From the NCBI GenBank assembly GCA_028693275.1, contig JAQUVS010000003.1, forward strand, positions 6,046-70,045: DNA of 64,000 nucleotides. Direction: 5' to 3'. A program made the position numbers and the translations under genes. Numbering within the stretch: the first letter of the stretch is position 1; each line of letters begins with the position of its first letter. This DNA comes from Bacilli bacterium. Its GTDB lineage: Bacteria > Bacillota_I > Bacilli_A > RF39 > UBA660. The notes below the pieces were generated by a model. It was not told the origin of the DNA. It made no database searches and saw only the letters and a program-made list of their open reading frames with translations. Of this stretch, positions 58,809 to 64,000 are shown in pieces.

Positions 58809-59900
58809 ATGAATCGTAAAATAAGAATTGTTCAATATGGAACAGGGAAAATGTCTATTTATACTATGAGATATGCTATTGAAAAAGGAGCTGAAATCGT
58901 TGGTGCAATAGACGTTAATCCTGATATTATTGGAAAAGATGTTGGTGAGGTTATTGGTTTAGGTAAAACTGGAGTATTAGTTTCTAGCGCTGAAAACGCT
59001 AAGGAATTACTAACTAGTCTTAAACCTGATGCTTGTATTGTTACAACAATGAGTCTTTTAAATGATCTAGAAAATCCATTAATGATGTGTGCTGAATTAG
59101 GAATTAATGCTATTACAACTTGTGAAGAAGCATTTTATTCATTTAATTCAAATCCAGTTTTAACTGAAAAAGTTAATCAATTAGCAAAAAAGAATGATTG
59201 TACTATTGCCGGTAGTGGATATCAAGATATTTTTTGGGGTTCTCTAGTAAGTGATTTAGCTGCTTCTACACATAAGATTACTAAAATTAAAGGTAGTTCT
59301 TGGTATAATGTAGAAGAATACGGAATTGCTTTAGCTAAGGCTCATGGAGCAGGATTAACTATTGAAGAATTTAATAAAGAAATAGCAAGTGCCGATGCTA
59401 TTTCAGATGAAGATAGAAATACCTTAATTAATTCTGGTAGTTTTTTACCTTCTTATATGTGGAACGTTAACGGTTGGCTATGTAAGAAGTTAGGATTAAC
59501 AGTTAAAACTCAAACACAAAGATGTGTTCCTCAAACTCATACTGAAGATATTGATTCTTCTACATTGGGAATGACTATTAAGTCAGGAATGGCTACAGGA
59601 ATGAGTGCTGTTGTTACAACTGAAACAGAAGAAGGAATAACTCTTGAAACTGAATGTGTTGGTAAAGTTTATTCTAGTGAAGAATTTGATATTAACGAGT
59701 GGACAGTAATGGGAGAACCAGAAACTACTCTTGTGATAAAGAGACCATCAACAGTAGAATTGACTTGTGCAACTGTTGTTAATAGAATACCAGACCTTAT
59801 AAATGCAAGAAGCGGTTTCATTGCTACTTGCGAAATGGATGAATTAAAATATAGACCTAAATCATTAGAAAAATATGTTAATGAACTTCCAATTATATAA
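58809..59900 (+). CDS. NAD(P)-dependent dehydrogenase with DapB-like N-terminal fold (amine dehydrogenase / 2,4-diaminopentanoate dehydrogenase-like)
   Basis: RBS AAAGGAGGA before ATG 58809; Rossmann N-terminus KIRIVQYGTGKMS. Confidence 0.45.
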   Translation: MNRKIRIVQYGTGKMSIYTMRYAIEKGAEIVGAIDVNPDIIGKDVGEVIGLGKTGVLVSSAENAKELLTSLKPDACIVTTMSLLNDLENPLMMCAELGINAITTCEEAFYSFNSNPVLTEKVNQLAKKNDCTIAGSGYQDIFWGSLVSDLAASTHKITKIKGSSWYNVEEYGIALAKAHGAGLTIEEFNKEIASADAISDEDRNTLINSGSFLPSYMWNVNGWLCKKLGLTVKTQTQRCVPQTHTEDIDSSTLGMTIKSGMATGMSAVVTTETEEGITLETECVGKVYSSEEFDINEWTVMGEPETTLVIKRPSTVELTCATVVNRIPDLINARSGFIATCEMDELKYRPKSLEKYVNELPII

Positions 59901-59901
59901 A

Positions 59902-59940
59902 AATAGAGAGCTAAATTAAGCTCTCTATTTTTTTATTTTT
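59902..59940. terminator. Bidirectional terminator
   Basis: hairpin AATAGAGAGCT-aaatta-AGCTCTCTATT followed by T-run; overlaps the stop of 59925..60524. Confidence 0.6.
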
Positions 59941-60524
59941 ATTAAGTTATCTCCAAAACATATATTTATATCATAATTATCAAGTGTAGTTTGTTTATCA
60001 ATCTCAGTTATTAACCATATATTTTCTGTTTGGTTAGGTTTAATACTAACAATTGTTGTTAATCTATTGAGTACTCCTTCTTTCTTTAATTGAAGAACTG
60101 TTGTACTATTATAATTTTTTTCTTCATTATTTAAAATGATATTTGGTTTACAAAGTGTAGAACCATCTCCATCTAGTTCTAAGGAATTCAATTCTATACT
60201 ACCAATATTATTCATTGTAAGATCAATTTTTAAGTATTTTTTACCTAAATTATTTTCATATTTTACTACATTTGTATATTGAGGTAATGGTGCCTCTATT
60301 TTATCTTCTATTGATATACTATTTATAGTTACATTAGCAGCTATTTCTTCATCGTTATATATTCCTTTTATAGTTTTATTAGTATTAAGTGCTAATTGAG
60401 AATATTTTTCAACATCATCTGATGCATATGAAGTTGAATTACTACTACTTATTACTATATATACTCCTAGTAATAGTAAAGTTAAAACAATTATGGAAGT
60501 TCCTAAATATTTTATTATTTTCAT
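59925..60524 (-). CDS. Hypothetical secreted/membrane-anchored protein
   Basis: N-terminal hydrophobic signal anchor; 4-nt overlap with fhs. Confidence 0.4.
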   Translation of the reverse strand: MKIIKYLGTSIIVLTLLLLGVYIVISSSNSTSYASDDVEKYSQLALNTNKTIKGIYNDEEIAANVTINSISIEDKIEAPLPQYTNVVKYENNLGKKYLKIDLTMNNIGSIELNSLELDGDGSTLCKPNIILNNEEKNYNSTTVLQLKKEGVLNRLTTIVSIKPNQTENIWLITEIDKQTTLDNYDINICFGDNLIKIKK

Positions 60525-62101
60525 GATAAACCTCTTATATTACCATCTTCATCTATTTTTATTAACTCATAATTTGGATTTTCTGGTAGTCCTGGCATTG
60601 TTATAATATCATTTAAATATACAACAATCATTTTTGCTCCGTTTAGTACTTCTATCTTATTAACTTTTATTTCATCTTCAGAAATTTTATATTGTTTTTT
60701 AGCTATACAAATTGGATAATTATATTTATCTAAATCTTTCATTTGATTTTCAATATTATCTTCATAAATTATATTTGAATTATTATAGATATTTTTACAA
60801 ATGGATTCTATTTTCTCTTTTGTAGTTAGATTATTATCATATAAATAATTAAAATCATTTTCTTTTTTAGATAATTCAATTACCTTTTTTGCTAATTTAA
60901 TAGAACCTTTTCCACCTAATGTATATGATTCACATATTTCAAAAGCTACTTTTTGTTTTTTACATAAATCTCTAATACTTTTTATTTCTATTTTAGTATC
61001 TGTACTATATTTATTTAAAGTTACAATTATATTATTTTGAAATTGTTTTAATATTTTAATATGGGCTTCTAAGTTTTTAAGTCCTTTTTTTAATTCTCTA
61101 TGGTGTTTCTTTAAAATGTCTTCTTTTTTTATTCCAGCATGATATTTTAAAGCTTTTGTAGTTACTACTAAAACTGTTACATCGGGTTTAATATTAGCTA
61201 TTTTACATTTGATGTTATAAAATTTTTCTGCGCCTAAATCAGAACCAAATCCAGCTTCTGTTATTACATAATCAGAAATATCTAATCCTATTTTTGTAGC
61301 CATTATGCTACTACAACCATGGGCAATATTTGCAAAGGGTCCTCCATGGATTATGATTGGATTATTTTCTAAACTTTGTACTAAGTTAGGATGGAAAGCT
61401 TCTTTTAGAATAACTGCTAAAGAATCATCAATATTTAAATCTTTTGCATAGATTGGTTCTTCTTTATCGTTATATCCTACTATTATATTCTTTAATCTGT
61501 TATGTAAATCATTAAAGTCATTTGCTAGAGTAAAAATAGCCATAATTTCACTTGCTGCGGTTATTGTAAAAGTTGTTTTTTTATTATTTATTTCTACTTC
61601 TCTTAAACTTCTATCATTAACATCAAGACATCTTTTTACAGAGACTTTCTTTATATTTAATTTATTACCATTATATATATGATTATCAACAGCTGCACAA
61701 AGAAGGTTATTTGCGGAAGTTATTGCATCTATATCTCCATTTAATCTTAGATTTATATCAGCCATTGGATTAGCTTGAGAATATCCTCCTCCAGTAGCAC
61801 ATCCTTTAAAACCAAATACAGGTCCTCTAGAGGGTTCTCTTAGTGAAACTATAGATTTATACTCCATAGTATTAATTGCATCGTTTAATCCTATTGTAAC
61901 AGTTGTTTTACCTTCTCCATAAGGACTTGGACTAATTGCTGTTACTAGAATTAGTTTACCATCTTTAGATTTAGTATGATTTTTTATTTTACCTTTATAT
62001 TTTCCATATAATTCTATATCATCTTCCTCTAAATTGATTTTCTTACCTATTTCAGTTATTGGTAACATTATTGCATTTTTGCTTATATCAAGATCATTCA
62101 T
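60521..62101 (-). CDS. fhs: Formate--tetrahydrofolate ligase
   Basis: conserved FTHFS blocks LILVTAISPSPYGEGKTT and REPSRGPVFGFKGCATGGGYSQ. Confidence 0.85.
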   Translation of the reverse strand: MNDLDISKNAIMLPITEIGKKINLEEDDIELYGKYKGKIKNHTKSKDGKLILVTAISPSPYGEGKTTVTIGLNDAINTMEYKSIVSLREPSRGPVFGFKGCATGGGYSQANPMADINLRLNGDIDAITSANNLLCAAVDNHIYNGNKLNIKKVSVKRCLDVNDRSLREVEINNKKTTFTITAASEIMAIFTLANDFNDLHNRLKNIIVGYNDKEEPIYAKDLNIDDSLAVILKEAFHPNLVQSLENNPIIIHGGPFANIAHGCSSIMATKIGLDISDYVITEAGFGSDLGAEKFYNIKCKIANIKPDVTVLVVTTKALKYHAGIKKEDILKKHHRELKKGLKNLEAHIKILKQFQNNIIVTLNKYSTDTKIEIKSIRDLCKKQKVAFEICESYTLGGKGSIKLAKKVIELSKKENDFNYLYDNNLTTKEKIESICKNIYNNSNIIYEDNIENQMKDLDKYNYPICIAKKQYKISEDEIKVNKIEVLNGAKMIVVYLNDIITMPGLPENPNYELIKIDEDGNIRGLS

Positions 62102-63899
62102 ATTTTGACCTCCTTTTAATAATTAATTTTATTAAAATTATTAAGATAAAATATACAATTTCTATTGTTAAGTAAATAAATATATTTTTAATATCTATTA
62201 AGTAAAGTATAAACAAGAATATTTTCAATAATATATATGTCAAAATATTAGTTTTTATTCCTATGGAATATTTTTTACTTGCTATAAATAATTGTTTTAT
62301 TTTATTTAACCTATTTTCTAATAAGATTATATCATACTTTTTAAGATCATTTTTATTTTTATAGTAACCAAAAGATATATCTACATTTTCTATGATATTT
62401 TTATCTTTTTCTATATCACCAATGTAACCAGTTAAACCCTTAGAGTTTTCATTAATATAATTTAACCAGAATATTTTGTCTTTTTCTTGCAAATTAGAGT
62501 ATTTTTCTTTGATATTTAATTCACTACTTATAGCATTAACTATTCTTTCGTTATCTCCAGAAAAGATTATTGTTTTTATATTTGAATTCTTATTAAAGTT
62601 TTTTATATCTTCTATAACATTTTTTCTTATCTTATCACTAATTTCTATATGTCCTAATAATTCATTATCAACAACTAAATAAATTATTGTTGCTACTTTC
62701 TTAATTTTATTAATAGGAATATTATTTTCTTGCATATAATAACTATTTCCAATTAAGACATTTTTACCCTCTATTTTTACTTTTATTCCTAAGCCTTCTG
62801 TAAATGTATAGTTTTTAATTATTTTTTTATTTATCTTTTGATCATAATAATTCTTAATAGTTATTGCTATATCATTATCACAGTTGAACTCTCCATGTAA
62901 TAAATAATAGAAAAATTTGTCATAGTCTTTAGTTACTACTTTATCTATAGTTAAAATATTTTCAGTTATTATTCCTTTTTTTCTAAAGATAAGGTTCTTA
63001 ATTTTAGAAATTTTATTTATAACATTTATTTTGCTAACAAGTATTTTATTTTTTAATTGATAATTAAAGTAATTTATATAAAGATTTTGAATAAATGTTA
63101 AAATTAGTTTATTATCACTAATTAATAATAAGATCATTATATCTTTTAAATATTCTTTTTCTATATAACTTTCTGTAAGAATAGGGATTATAATATACAT
63201 AGAAACTATAAACTTAACAATAATAGAATAAACTTTACTAAATGTCATAATTTTTTTTAAATTTCTATCATATTCTAAAATTGAATCATATAATTCTTTA
63301 TATGATGAATCTTTATAATCTTCAGTGACTTCAACAGTTATTTTATCCCCAATATTTGTGGATAGAAAGTTTATTCTGTTATCTTTTTCTTTAGTTGATA
63401 TTTTATTATTGTTTAGAAAATTATCTTTTATAAATGCTTTATCTGAAACTAAAATACAATTAAAAGGAATTAATTGATTTTTTAATATTTCTAGATACGT
63501 ATTTTTTTTGATCTTATTGATATTTATTTCTTTAATATTATTTTTTCTAAGAGTAATAATAGTTTTGGTACTAATAATTTTCTTGTATAAATTATTTTTA
63601 TTTTTATTATCTATTATTAGAGTAATTGCTGTATAAAAAATTAGTAAAATATTTAATTGTGCTAGATCCTTTTCTATTAATAAAATTATTATTAAAGGAA
63701 TAATTATTGTATTATTATAATTATATATTTGCTTATCTTTTATACTTTTTATTAATATGTTTAGGACAGTTTTTCCTAATATTATTATACTTATGATAGT
63801 TAATATATTATTCATAAGTGGGTATCCTTTAAATAAAAGAGATACGAGGAATAATTCTATTGCTAAGAGGATAGTTGTTTGTTTTTTTATATTATTCAT
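62094..63899 (-). CDS. Degenerate P1B-type ATPase homolog (catalytic motifs lost)
   Basis: N/P-domain block alignment to heavy-metal ATPases (…TIIFSGDNERIVNAISSELNI… and GYIGDIEKDKN spaced 47 aa apart), but DKTGT is RKKGI, TGES is absent, GDGxND is GDIEKD; multiple TM helices. Confidence 0.5.
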   Translation of the reverse strand: MNNIKKQTTILLAIELFLVSLLFKGYPLMNNILTIISIIILGKTVLNILIKSIKDKQIYNYNNTIIIPLIIILLIEKDLAQLNILLIFYTAITLIIDNKNKNNLYKKIISTKTIITLRKNNIKEININKIKKNTYLEILKNQLIPFNCILVSDKAFIKDNFLNNNKISTKEKDNRINFLSTNIGDKITVEVTEDYKDSSYKELYDSILEYDRNLKKIMTFSKVYSIIVKFIVSMYIIIPILTESYIEKEYLKDIMILLLISDNKLILTFIQNLYINYFNYQLKNKILVSKINVINKISKIKNLIFRKKGIITENILTIDKVVTKDYDKFFYYLLHGEFNCDNDIAITIKNYYDQKINKKIIKNYTFTEGLGIKVKIEGKNVLIGNSYYMQENNIPINKIKKVATIIYLVVDNELLGHIEISDKIRKNVIEDIKNFNKNSNIKTIIFSGDNERIVNAISSELNIKEKYSNLQEKDKIFWLNYINENSKGLTGYIGDIEKDKNIIENVDISFGYYKNKNDLKKYDIILLENRLNKIKQLFIASKKYSIGIKTNILTYILLKIFLFILYLIDIKNIFIYLTIEIVYFILIILIKLIIKRRSKYE

Positions 63900-63956
63900 G
63901 TTATCACCAATCTCCTTATATAAATTATATATTTTTACTGATTAAAAGGCAAATAA

Positions 63957-63980
63957 AAGCGTAGATTAATTCATCTACGC
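63957..63980 (-). terminator. Terminator of a minus-strand gene lying beyond the window end
   Basis: perfect 9-bp stem AGCGTAGAT-taattc-ATCTACGCT followed on the minus strand by TTTTATTTGCCTTTT. Confidence 0.4.
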
Positions 63981-64000
63981 TATCATTAATTTGCTAATAT

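Noticed and set aside
62094-63899. Annotating the degenerate P-type ATPase homolog as a pseudogene
   Set aside because: Reading frame is intact over 601 codons with a sensible start overlapping fhs; without comparative data, loss of motifs alone does not prove pseudogenisation, so it is reported as a CDS and flagged.
1-64000. CRISPR arrays, rRNA/tRNA genes, SRP RNA, tmRNA, insertion sequences
   Set aside because: No regularly spaced direct repeats, no tRNA cloverleaf candidates in intergenic regions, no SRP-RNA domain IV motif or tmRNA tag-reading frame seen by eye; no transposase or integrase ORFs.

Overview
This is AT-rich (about 27-30% GC) chromosomal DNA from a low-GC Gram-positive bacterium of the Bacilli lineage (Bacillus- or Erysipelotrichia-like). 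The gene order is largely Bacillus-like and housekeeping: prsA, recX, rpoZ, ffh, ylxM, ftsY, rnj, rny, recA, pgsA, rodZ-like, rnpB, gpsB, recU, ponA, nth, dnaD, cca, hup, der, engB, nrnA, ackA, thiI, ezrA, rpsD, tyrS, ytxG/ytxH-like, trmB, leuS and fhs. Coding density is high and almost every gene has an AGGAGG-type ribosome-binding site. One RNA gene (rnpB, RNase P RNA type B) and two T-box leaders (tyrS, leuS) are recognisable. Several non-standard features stand out. (1) Two tandem HerA-like (DUF87/FtsK-HerA superfamily) ATPase paralogs sit inside the conserved ftsY-ylxM-ffh SRP operon. (2) A translationally coupled four-gene operon on the minus strand (FtsX-type ABC permease, ABC ATPase, kinase-less multi-PASTA membrane protein, ECF sigma factor with two C-terminal transmembrane helices) lies among three FemAB-family paralogs and a MurJ/YtgP flippase; it is a candidate undescribed cell-wall-sensing module. 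(3) Three orphan type IV prepilin-like proteins carry large C-terminal domains; two of them carry phage tail-collar domains. (4) LeuS contains a complete Nudix hydrolase domain inserted in its catalytic core. (5) A P1B-type ATPase homolog has lost all catalytic motifs. (6) The MnmL(YtqA)-MnmM(YtqB) tRNA-modification pair is fused into one polypeptide. No CRISPR arrays, rRNA/tRNA genes, integrases or transposases were seen.
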